Under the pieces are notes generated by a model. The model was not told the DNA's origin and did no database searches. It worked only from the letters and a program-made list of their open reading frames with translations. From positions 1-25,880 of the IMG/VR virus record IMGVR_UViG_3300025296_000113: a stretch of DNA of 25,880 nucleotides. One strand, 5' to 3'. Positions within the stretch are counted from its first letter, which is position 1. Every line of letters starts with the position of its first letter. The position numbers and the translations under genes are program-made. The DNA comes from a virus. Its lineage: Duplodnaviria > Caudoviricetes. Positions 16,597 to 24,883 of this stretch are shown here, piece by piece.

Positions 16597-17714
16597 TGCC
16601 TAATCTCCGACGAGGAATGATGGCTGCGGCTGGTGTTAGCACTACCACTAAATTTGCTATTTGGGGTTTTGGGAGGAATGACGGTGGTTATTTGGGTGAT
16701 GGTACAACAACAAATAGGTCCTCCCCCGTTCAGGTGGGTGATTTAAATGATTGGGTATATTTCAGTGCCATCGGACCACAAACTGGAGCCATAAATTCAG
16801 CAGGCGAGTTATGGACATGGGGCAGTAATTCTGAAGGTGGGTTAGGGCTAGGAGATACAACAGCTAGGTCATCCCCAACTCAAGTTGGGTCTTTAACTAA
16901 CTGGTCTAAGTCAGGGGGTGGTTACGGATACCAGCTAAATATTAAAACTGATGGCACTTTATGGGCTATGGGCCAGAATGGCAACGCGCAGTTGGGAACA
17001 AACAATACAACCCTGTATTCTTCTCCTGTTCAAATTGGCTCGTTAACTGATTGGTCACAGGTTAGTGGTAGTGGTAGTGCCAGCTTTGCTGTCAAAACTG
17101 ATGGGACACTCTGGGCATGGGGCCAACAATCGGATGGCCAGCTTGGTAATGGGGTGTCTAGTAATGCGAACATATCCTCTCCTATACAAATTGGTTCCGA
17201 CACTGATTGGGTAGAAGTTAGTGCTCTAGAAGGCAATGCTGCGGGAATTAAAAATACCGACGAATTATGGACATGGGGAGTAAATAATTTCGGAGCATTA
17301 GGACAAGGAAATACAACTAATTATTCCTCTCCAGTTCAAATTGCTGGTGCTTGGGCTAAGACCAGTGCCGGCAATGGTGGTCACCGAATGGTTATTAAAA
17401 CTGATGGCACTTTATGGGGGGTAGGGAAAAATACTGCGGGGCAGCTTGGACTTGGAACAGCATCTAATATATGTACTATTGCTCAGGTTGGTTCTTTAAC
17501 TGATTGGAATCAGATTTCTAGTGGGCAAAATAGTAGTGGAGCACAAAAAACTGATGGAACTTTATGGACGTGGGGTAACGGGGCCGATGGCGTGCTTGGT
17601 AATGGGACAACAACGAGTATATCTTCACCGGCCCAAGTTGGCTCTGCAACTGATTGGTTAGACACTTTAAGTGGTGGTTGGCAGTTTCGGATGGTAGCAA
17701 GGACACCCGCATAA
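16596..17714 (+). CDS. RCC1/BLIP-II repeat beta-propeller protein (372 aa)
   Basis: Seven repeats of KTDGTLWxWGxNxxGxLGxG...SSPxQ(V/I)G; a 25-nt exact DNA repeat at 16941-16965 and 17394-17418. Confidence 0.92.
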   Translation: MPNLRRGMMAAAGVSTTTKFAIWGFGRNDGGYLGDGTTTNRSSPVQVGDLNDWVYFSAIGPQTGAINSAGELWTWGSNSEGGLGLGDTTARSSPTQVGSLTNWSKSGGGYGYQLNIKTDGTLWAMGQNGNAQLGTNNTTLYSSPVQIGSLTDWSQVSGSGSASFAVKTDGTLWAWGQQSDGQLGNGVSSNANISSPIQIGSDTDWVEVSALEGNAAGIKNTDELWTWGVNNFGALGQGNTTNYSSPVQIAGAWAKTSAGNGGHRMVIKTDGTLWGVGKNTAGQLGLGTASNICTIAQVGSLTDWNQISSGQNSSGAQKTDGTLWTWGNGADGVLGNGTTTSISSPAQVGSATDWLDTLSGGWQFRMVARTPA

Positions 17715-18688
17715 TGCCTTTATTAGACCAACAACTTGAAGCTGGTCTTCATGGGGATTTTGAAACAGGTTGGTTGATTGCTCAACAATTAGAAAAGGAA
17801 ACCCCAACCTGTCAACGTGCGGCATTTAATCGTGGTTGGTATTATCTAAGACAAGGAAAACTTTTAGAAGGTCATAAACTTTTAGACCAAGGGCGGTCAC
17901 AAGATGTATTTGGCAATAGGCACATAGGTTCCAAGCAACCTATTTGGAATGGAAAAGAAGGAACTGTCCTGTTGAATCTGGAAGGTGGTTTAGGTGACCA
18001 GATTAAGAGTTATCGGTTTGCTTTTGATTTGCAGAAACGTGGTAATCGAGTGGTAATTTCCTGTTCTCCTGAATTAGCTTCAATGTTTGCGGAGAAGTTT
18101 ATAGTAGTCCAGCACGAAGCTGCGTGTGGTGTTTACCACGATTACTGGCTTCCTTCGATGTCTGCGATAGTTCCACTTGGATATGAATATGAAGATTTAA
18201 AAGGAACTCCGTATATCGAGCGTACTGCTGACCCAATACCGGGTCGGATAGGAATAAGATGGAGTGGCAATCCTAAGTTTGAGCATGAGCAGCACAGGTT
18301 CTTCCCGGCTGATTTAATGTTCGATGCTGTTAAGGGATACGATTGTGTTTCGTTGCAGAGAGATAAAGATGCGGAACTGAAACCAAAGTGGATGAAGCAG
18401 GCTCCGCTGGATGATTGGCAAACTACCAGAAAGTCAATTAGCCAATGTGAGTTAGTGATAAGTTCCTGCACCAGTATTGCACATTTAGCGGCAGCAATGG
18501 GAGTGGAAACGTGGATTGTGGTTCCTGTTTTGTCATACTACCTGTGGGCGCTGCCGGGAGATGTGACACCGTATTACAACAGCGTCACGCTTTTCCGACA
18601 GGAAAAATATGGAAGTTGGAAAGAGCCTTTCACAAAGATTAAGGAGCAACTGCAATGTATGCACACGTTAAAGAAGATGGCAGCGTAG
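17714..18688 (+). CDS. GT-B fold glycosyltransferase, GT9-like, with short TPR-like N-terminus (324 aa)
   Basis: TAATG coupling at 17712-17716; EGGLGDQI, IGIRWSGNP, VSLQ, LVISSCTSIAHLAAAMGVETW, YYLW...TPYYNSVTLFRQ. Confidence 0.85.
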   Translation: MPLLDQQLEAGLHGDFETGWLIAQQLEKETPTCQRAAFNRGWYYLRQGKLLEGHKLLDQGRSQDVFGNRHIGSKQPIWNGKEGTVLLNLEGGLGDQIKSYRFAFDLQKRGNRVVISCSPELASMFAEKFIVVQHEAACGVYHDYWLPSMSAIVPLGYEYEDLKGTPYIERTADPIPGRIGIRWSGNPKFEHEQHRFFPADLMFDAVKGYDCVSLQRDKDAELKPKWMKQAPLDDWQTTRKSISQCELVISSCTSIAHLAAAMGVETWIVVPVLSYYLWALPGDVTPYYNSVTLFRQEKYGSWKEPFTKIKEQLQCMHTLKKMAA

Positions 18689-19119
18689 ATTATCTGGGCG
18701 GCTTGCCGAAAAGTTGGGGCAATGTATCTAATTTACATTTGTCCAACGGTGATGACTCATATCTCAAGACTATTGGCTGGCTTCCGTTAGTGGAGATAAA
18801 TGTTACTCCTACTGCCAATCAGACATTTGACACAGATGTAATTACTGCTGAAGCAGACAGAGTTACTTTGGTGCATCGTGTAAGAGATATGACGGCAGCG
18901 GAAATAGTCGAGCGAGATGCAAGTCATATGAGTCATTTGCGGGAGCAGAGGGACGAAAAACTTGTAGCATCTGACTGGACGCAAGCGCCTGATTATCCTT
19001 CTCCTTTGGCTGATGCCAAGAAAGCGGAATGGGAAACTTACAGACAATCTCTTCGTGATTTACCCGCAACAGCAGATATGACTACATGGCCTGATGTGTG
19101 GCCTACGGAACCCGTATAG
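18655..19119 (+). CDS. tail fibre assembly chaperone (154 aa)
   Basis: SD AAGGAG; LREQRDEKLVASDWTQ...W.TYRQSLRDLP...WPTEP signature. Confidence 0.85.
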   Translation: MYAHVKEDGSVDYLGGLPKSWGNVSNLHLSNGDDSYLKTIGWLPLVEINVTPTANQTFDTDVITAEADRVTLVHRVRDMTAAEIVERDASHMSHLREQRDEKLVASDWTQAPDYPSPLADAKKAEWETYRQSLRDLPATADMTTWPDVWPTEPV

Positions 19120-19128
19120 GAGTAAATA

Positions 19129-20622
19129 GTGGTTTTTTGTAATGCATTAATGGGAGGAGTGATAGCTTCTGCACAAGCTGCCATAACAACTACAGGTGAT
19201 AGCTTGATGTTTAGGGCTGAGAATTCTGAAGTTTCAAGACCGGCTAGAACTGTAAGTTCTTATTTACAGCAAAGTATGTCTGATTCAGCTACTGACCCTG
19301 TCGTTTGGACATATAGTACATGGATTAAATCTTCAGTATTATTGGGAAATCCAGAGTCGGCTTTCGATGATAGGAGAACTTTCATTTCTGCAATGCCGAC
19401 AGCTGCTACCCCTGCAGAGGAAACTACCACAAGGCTATATATGGATGAGCCTATTATGACTATTAAAGGATTATCTACCGTTTACAGAACATATACAACT
19501 GGTATTACGAAAGGTTACGCAGTTATAGGAGAATGGGTACATCTTCTTATTTCCTTTAATTCTGGAAATGATGCAGGAACTAGATACAAATTCTTTGTTG
19601 ATACTACAGATATTACAGAAGACTTTACTGGTAGTAATCCTGCTCTTGATTCTGGTACAGGTATTAATGCCAGTACAGATACAACTTATCAGATTGGACA
19701 GGATATTTATCTTGAAGATGATGAAGGAATTAGTGCAGGTTGGGAAGGATATATGTCAGATACACACTTTATTGATGGTGCGGAAAAGGTTCCTGCAGAT
19801 TTTACAGAAACCAATAGTAATGGCGTATTAGTTCCTAAAACATATACGAGTAGTTACGGTACGCACGGTTTCTGGTTGAAGTTTGAAAGTGGTGCTCTTG
19901 GTACGGATTCTTCAGGAAATTCAAATGATTTTACTACCAATAATGTAATTGCTCAGGATAGAGTTCCTGATTGTCCTGAAAATAACTATACTATTCTTAA
20001 TGCTGGAGATGCCTTTGGAAGTGGAGAAGTTCTGGGAGATGTTATGAATTGTGTAAGAGGAGGACTTACATATGAAGCAGGAGATACTTCCACTACTGCA
20101 TGTATAAGAGGAACTTCTCAGGGAAAAGTTAATGCAGGAAAATGGTATTGGGAAGTATTGTCTGGAGGAGGAGCTTCTGGAGTGTTCTTTATAGCTGGTA
20201 TCTCTGACCCGACAGTTACTATAACCAGTGCTCATACAGGAACAGGTGCATATTATCAATCAGATGGTGCTAATGGAAAATTCTATGTGGATGGTTCTGA
20301 AACTTTAAGCAGTTTGACTGTCATCGATAATGCTGGAACTGACATCTTAATGGTAGCTTTAGATATGGATACAGCTAAAATGTGGGTTGGTGTCAACGGT
20401 ACGTGGGAACAATCAGGAGACCCAGCTGCAGGTACAAACCCTCAAGTGACAGGGTTATCCGGTTTTTATGTACCTTTGTGTGGTGGTCGTTCAAATAATT
20501 CAGGATTTGTTAATTTTGGACAAGACCCTACTTTTGGAAATCAGAAAGGAGCAGGTGCTACAAGTGAATTTCAGTATACTCCTCCTACTGACTTTGTCTC
20601 TATGAGTGCAGCGAATGCCTAA
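19129..20622 (+). CDS. concanavalin-A/LamG-like plus SPRY-like domain appendage protein (497 aa)
   Basis: SD AGGAG with GTG start; WTYSTWIK, WVHL, YGTHGFWLKF, GTDSSGNSNDF, GKWYWEV, VALDMDTAKMWVGVNGTW, VNFGQ, FQYTPPTDF. Confidence 0.8.
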   Translation: MVFCNALMGGVIASAQAAITTTGDSLMFRAENSEVSRPARTVSSYLQQSMSDSATDPVVWTYSTWIKSSVLLGNPESAFDDRRTFISAMPTAATPAEETTTRLYMDEPIMTIKGLSTVYRTYTTGITKGYAVIGEWVHLLISFNSGNDAGTRYKFFVDTTDITEDFTGSNPALDSGTGINASTDTTYQIGQDIYLEDDEGISAGWEGYMSDTHFIDGAEKVPADFTETNSNGVLVPKTYTSSYGTHGFWLKFESGALGTDSSGNSNDFTTNNVIAQDRVPDCPENNYTILNAGDAFGSGEVLGDVMNCVRGGLTYEAGDTSTTACIRGTSQGKVNAGKWYWEVLSGGGASGVFFIAGISDPTVTITSAHTGTGAYYQSDGANGKFYVDGSETLSSLTVIDNAGTDILMVALDMDTAKMWVGVNGTWEQSGDPAAGTNPQVTGLSGFYVPLCGGRSNNSGFVNFGQDPTFGNQKGAGATSEFQYTPPTDFVSMSAANA

Positions 20623-21067
20623 ATTATTAGTTCTTTTAGTTTCGTTTCTTCTAGTTTTCAGCACGGTAGGACATACATCACCATCAACCTATTATGAAGG
20701 AGATAACTATAATCCCTGTGGACCGAAAGGAATGCAAAGAGATTCTTTAACTGCTTATTTTCAAAGTACCTTTAGTGCAGAGTATAAAGATTTATCTGAA
20801 GAGGAAACATTATATTTTTTAAAACATATACAACAGGAAAATTCACGAATAAGTAATATAAGAATTTTTAATTCGCCAATAAAACCTGATTATGCGTTAT
20901 CTGCTTCCTATTTGTTTCAAACTTTTTTAGCTGGAAAAGTTCTTGTGGAACTCTATTGTATAGAAAGATTAAATGGTTCTCCTGTTATGTATCTTACAGA
21001 GAAAGGTATTGAGAATTTTATTGGAAAATCCTTTTCCGAAATTGGACTAGGTGAGAAAGAGGAATAA
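20615..21067 (+). CDS. exported or membrane-anchored hypothetical protein (150 aa)
   Basis: ATG 20615 overlaps the previous gene; MPKLLVLLVSFLLVFSTVG signal-like N-terminus; two Cys; visibly AT-rich. Confidence 0.75.
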   Translation: MPKLLVLLVSFLLVFSTVGHTSPSTYYEGDNYNPCGPKGMQRDSLTAYFQSTFSAEYKDLSEEETLYFLKHIQQENSRISNIRIFNSPIKPDYALSASYLFQTFLAGKVLVELYCIERLNGSPVMYLTEKGIENFIGKSFSEIGLGEKEE

Positions 21068-21070
21068 TAA

Positions 21071-22039
21071 ATGGCTTCTACATATACAGGTCGTATCAGA
21101 CTGGAATTACAGGCAGACGGAGAGAATCCTAATAGTTGGGGTACTATTCTGAATGATGGTGTAATTAATCTTATTGATTCGGCTTTTGCAGCTTACACTA
21201 CTGTATCGTTGTCATCTGCTGATAAAACTTTATCCAATAATGATGGGGCATCAGATGAAGCTCGTTCAGCTATGCTTGAATTTGTGGGAACTGTAAGCTC
21301 TGATGTTAATGTTGTAATACCCGGTAATAGTAAATTTTATCTTTTAAATGATAGAACAACAAGACAGAATTCAAGTACAATTACCGTTAAAACTGCAGCA
21401 GGTTCAGGATATGAAGTAGGAACAAGTGTAATAAGATGTATTCTTTGTGATGGTGTCAGTGTCTATGAACTGGGTGCTGGTCTAGGGTCCAATGTTTCTG
21501 TTGCTACAGCTACCATTAATACCCTTACAGCTACCAGTATTACAGTAAGTACAGCACTATTTACGGGACATGTATCAGTTTCTGCAGCTACATTTGGAGG
21601 GCATGTCTCTGCTACGTCAGCTACATTCAGTAGTACTGTTTCAATGGGTGGAGAACTAATAGGAACTACTATTGGTTTGGGACTTGCTGCTCCTCTGGGA
21701 CAATTACATATTACTGCCAATGCTATTGCAGATAAGGTATCTCTTACTGATGCTGCTTCCATTGCTGTGGATTTTAGTACAGGACAGAACTTTGAAGTTG
21801 AACTTGGAGGTAATAGAACATTAGAAAGTCCTACCAATTGTGTTACTGGGCAAACAGGGTCTATCTTCCTTCTTCAGGATGGTACAGGAACCAGAACTTT
21901 AGCGTATGGTGATAACTGGGCTTTCGTAAGTGGAACTGCTCCTACTTTGTCTACCAGTATAAATTCAGCAGACCGCTTAGATTATATTGTCAGAACTTCT
22001 ACTCAAGTACAATCAGTACTATCAAAGGCTTATAGTTAA
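21071..22039 (+). CDS. tail fibre/appendage protein D with N-terminal virion-anchor-like region (322 aa)
   Basis: SD GGAA/GAGG; MASTYTGRIRLELQADGENPNSWG; C-terminal domain VDFSTGQNF...QDGTGTRTL...FVSGTAPTLST...DRLDY similar to that of protein C. Confidence 0.8.
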   Translation: MASTYTGRIRLELQADGENPNSWGTILNDGVINLIDSAFAAYTTVSLSSADKTLSNNDGASDEARSAMLEFVGTVSSDVNVVIPGNSKFYLLNDRTTRQNSSTITVKTAAGSGYEVGTSVIRCILCDGVSVYELGAGLGSNVSVATATINTLTATSITVSTALFTGHVSVSAATFGGHVSATSATFSSTVSMGGELIGTTIGLGLAAPLGQLHITANAIADKVSLTDAASIAVDFSTGQNFEVELGGNRTLESPTNCVTGQTGSIFLLQDGTGTRTLAYGDNWAFVSGTAPTLSTSINSADRLDYIVRTSTQVQSVLSKAYS

Positions 22040-23901
22040 TGTCTTCATCGATGACCAAATTGGTGAAGTTGAACTTCACACCGGGGATTCATAGGGAATC
22101 TACGCAGTATGCGGAAGAGGGTGCTTGGTATGATGTTGACCATGTTCGGTTCAGAGATGGAAGACCAGAGAATTTAAGAGGATATACAAAGAAGGAGTCA
22201 CAACCATTAACAGGAACAGCCAGAGATTTATTAACATGGTCAGACAACAGTACCTTTAAGAGGGCTGTCTTTGGAACTGAAGCAAAGTTATATGAATTTC
22301 ATGGTGATAGTTTATTCGATATTACTCCTATTCGGGGGTTAACCAGTACAGGAGATAATAACCTTGCTATCGTAACTATTAATGGAACTAATAATGGATT
22401 CTCTACAACAGATGGGTCAGTCAGAGTATCTGTTTCAGCCTCTTCACATGGAGCAGCTAGTGGAGATTTTGTTACCTTTTCTTCAGCTACGACTATTGGA
22501 GGTACGATAGATTTAGGTAGCAGGACTTACGAAGTATCAGTTCTTGGAGTGAACCAGTTTTCTTTCGATGCTTCAGTAACTGCTAATGCGACACAAACAG
22601 GAGTGGGAACCGCAACTGCCAAGTTTTATTTACAGACAGGCACTTCGGTTGCAACGCAGGGTTTAGGATATGGTGCAGGTATTTTTAATGCAGGAGTTAG
22701 TACTACTGATGAACGTGCGTGGTCTGACCCAGCTACTTCTTCTGCCATTGTCTTTCGTAATTCTCAATGGACTACAGATAACTGGGGAGAAGATATAGTA
22801 ACATGTAGAAGGTCAGGAAGAATTTATACATGGGATACTTCGGACGGTGTAGCTACCAGAGCAGCTTTAATTTCTGCTTCTCCGACTATTAATAATTATG
22901 TTATTGTATCACCTAATGATAGACATCTGATATCGTTAGGTACAACAGAATTTTCTGGTGGTGCTTATAATGCTATGCTGGTTCGTTGGTCTGACCAGAA
23001 TGATTTTGATGATTTTACACCTTCGGTTAGTTCTACATCTGGTGAGAACATTCTTACTGATGGTTCTGAAATAGTAGGAGCTGTACGGTCCAGAACAGCT
23101 ATTAATATATGGACAGATAATGCTCTCTGGTTGATGCAGTTTGTTGGTCCACCTTTTACTTTTAAATTTCAACAGATGGGTACTAATTGTGGCTTGATTG
23201 GCCCTCATGCAAGTATTGATTATGATGGCAGGTCTTTCTGGATGAGCAATGATAATTTCTATTCCTTTGATGGACAACTGAGGAATCTGGATTGCACGGT
23301 ACGAAGATATATTTTCGATAGGCTAAATACATCTCAAACGGATAAGATTTATACGGGTATTAATTCGGAATTCAAGGAAATTATATGGCTTTATCCTTCT
23401 TTAGGACAGAATGAATGTGATAGTTATGTGCTTTATAATGTAGAGGAAAACACTTGGTCTTATGGAGGTGCTATCTGGACTACATTTGATGACAAGCATA
23501 CCTTCGATAATACTATAACTACGGGTGTCTCAGGGACGGATTCTTTCTTGTTTGATAATGAGCCTGTAAGTGTTTTTACGGCAGATGGAGAACCTATTCC
23601 TGCTTTTATTGAGTCGGCCTTTTTTGATATTGATGATGGTACTAAACTGATGTTTATGGATAGGGTTATTCCTGATTTTGAGATTAATGATGGTAATATT
23701 ACTATGGATATTACTTCACAGGAATTTCCTGTTAATAGTGCAATAACAAAAGGACCTTTTTCCATTACTAAAACGACTCAGAAAATTGATTTCAGAGCTA
23801 GAGGAAGACAGGCTAAGGTAAAGGTATCTTCTAATTCAACAGGTACTTCATGGAGATACGGTTCAGTTAGGATGGCAATGCAACCAGACGGTAGAAGGTA
23901 A
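22039..23901 (+). CDS. tail nozzle / tail tubular protein B (P22 gp10-like), 620 aa
   Basis: PGIHRESTQY...W.D...VRFRDG.PE, DNWGED, VRWSDQ, IWTD, VGPPFTF, NCGLIG, EIIWLYPS, PDF, RARGRQ, QPDGRR. Confidence 0.85.
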   Translation: MSSSMTKLVKLNFTPGIHRESTQYAEEGAWYDVDHVRFRDGRPENLRGYTKKESQPLTGTARDLLTWSDNSTFKRAVFGTEAKLYEFHGDSLFDITPIRGLTSTGDNNLAIVTINGTNNGFSTTDGSVRVSVSASSHGAASGDFVTFSSATTIGGTIDLGSRTYEVSVLGVNQFSFDASVTANATQTGVGTATAKFYLQTGTSVATQGLGYGAGIFNAGVSTTDERAWSDPATSSAIVFRNSQWTTDNWGEDIVTCRRSGRIYTWDTSDGVATRAALISASPTINNYVIVSPNDRHLISLGTTEFSGGAYNAMLVRWSDQNDFDDFTPSVSSTSGENILTDGSEIVGAVRSRTAINIWTDNALWLMQFVGPPFTFKFQQMGTNCGLIGPHASIDYDGRSFWMSNDNFYSFDGQLRNLDCTVRRYIFDRLNTSQTDKIYTGINSEFKEIIWLYPSLGQNECDSYVLYNVEENTWSYGGAIWTTFDDKHTFDNTITTGVSGTDSFLFDNEPVSVFTADGEPIPAFIESAFFDIDDGTKLMFMDRVIPDFEINDGNITMDITSQEFPVNSAITKGPFSITKTTQKIDFRARGRQAKVKVSSNSTGTSWRYGSVRMAMQPDGRR

Positions 23902-24389
23902 TGGCTAGATATTCTTTATTGCCTTCCGTCGCATGGAGATATAAAAAACAGAATCCAGAAGATTTATATGATGAAGTACGAGGATGGGGTGCAACGATTG
24001 TCAATGAACTGGAGTTAAGAGACCAGCAAGTTGATGCAACACCGTCTACAAATATATATGCAGTTGTTACTGTTACAGAGATTGGAAGACCTAAGAGTGG
24101 AGATATCGCTTATTCAGCCAGTTCAGGACAATATTTAGGATATGTAAGTTCTGGGGCTACCGCTGAATGGCAAGTGTTAAATGGTGGTTCAGGTGCAGGT
24201 TATTTTTTAGGAAGTGGTGCAGCAACAGGAGATACGACTGATGGATTGAATGACATTTTTAGGGTAAATACGGTTTCATTAGCTAATGATACTACTATTG
24301 CTTCTTCTACAAATGCAAGCTGTGTTGGACCTCTGAGTGTAGCTAGTTCAATTACCCTTACTGTTAATGGTACATTAGTTATAATATAA
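23901..24389 (+). CDS. small tail protein E (162 aa) sharing its C-terminal module with fibre A
   Basis: TAATG coupling; GYF.G...DIFRVN...NASCVGPLSVASSITLTVNGTLVII. Confidence 0.8.
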   Translation: MARYSLLPSVAWRYKKQNPEDLYDEVRGWGATIVNELELRDQQVDATPSTNIYAVVTVTEIGRPKSGDIAYSASSGQYLGYVSSGATAEWQVLNGGSGAGYFLGSGAATGDTTDGLNDIFRVNTVSLANDTTIASSTNASCVGPLSVASSITLTVNGTLVII

Positions 24390-24408
24390 AAAAGATTAGG
24401 ATAGGAAG

Positions 24409-24882
24409 ATGTATACATACGGATATCAAGCAGGTGGAGTAACAAATCCTGCATTTTTAGGACTAACAGGAACCCCCGGTGTTTCTGCTAATGTTCAAAC
24501 TACTCCAACAGGAGCAGGAGTAGGAGGACTTCTTGAACTTGTTCGTAATAATCCTCAATTAGCTGCTCTTCTTCAGCAATTACAAGGCAGAGCTTCTGGA
24601 GGAACGGTAGGTGCTCAGGGAGGAGGATTGATGAATCGAAGTATGCAAGGTCTTGAAGGCTTTGCTGTTAATCCTCAAGGTCCCGGTGCTGGTACGATAC
24701 CAATGCCAGCTGCTCATCAGTTCGGAGGTTCCTATCCAACCAATGTTCTGACAGGGCAGACTTATCTTCCACCTCCGTTAGCGGGTAATATGTTTAAGAA
24801 TCCTTCCACAAGTCCAACCAATATGTATGCTGCTAATACAAGACCTCAGTCTAACTATATGAATCCATCAGGGATATATTAA
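24409..24882 (+). CDS. Gly/Pro/Gln-rich putative internal virion protein (157 aa)
   Basis: Low complexity; YQAGGV, RASGGTV, AQGGGL, HQFGG motifs; lies at the start of the ejection block. Confidence 0.7.
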   Translation: MYTYGYQAGGVTNPAFLGLTGTPGVSANVQTTPTGAGVGGLLELVRNNPQLAALLQQLQGRASGGTVGAQGGGLMNRSMQGLEGFAVNPQGPGAGTIPMPAAHQFGGSYPTNVLTGQTYLPPPLAGNMFKNPSTSPTNMYAANTRPQSNYMNPSGIY

Positions 24883-24883
24883 T

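Noticed and set aside
11807-17570. Direct repeats as a CRISPR array or a DGR template/variable pair
   Set aside because: The repeats are in-frame coding duplications without regular spacers; differences are not adenine-specific; no cas or reverse transcriptase gene is in the window.
5012-20614. Track start sites at 5012, 5212, 5453, 7448, 11862, 15604, 17654 and 20606
   Set aside because: Downstream ATGs have SD sequences or stop-start overlaps and avoid long overlaps with the previous gene.
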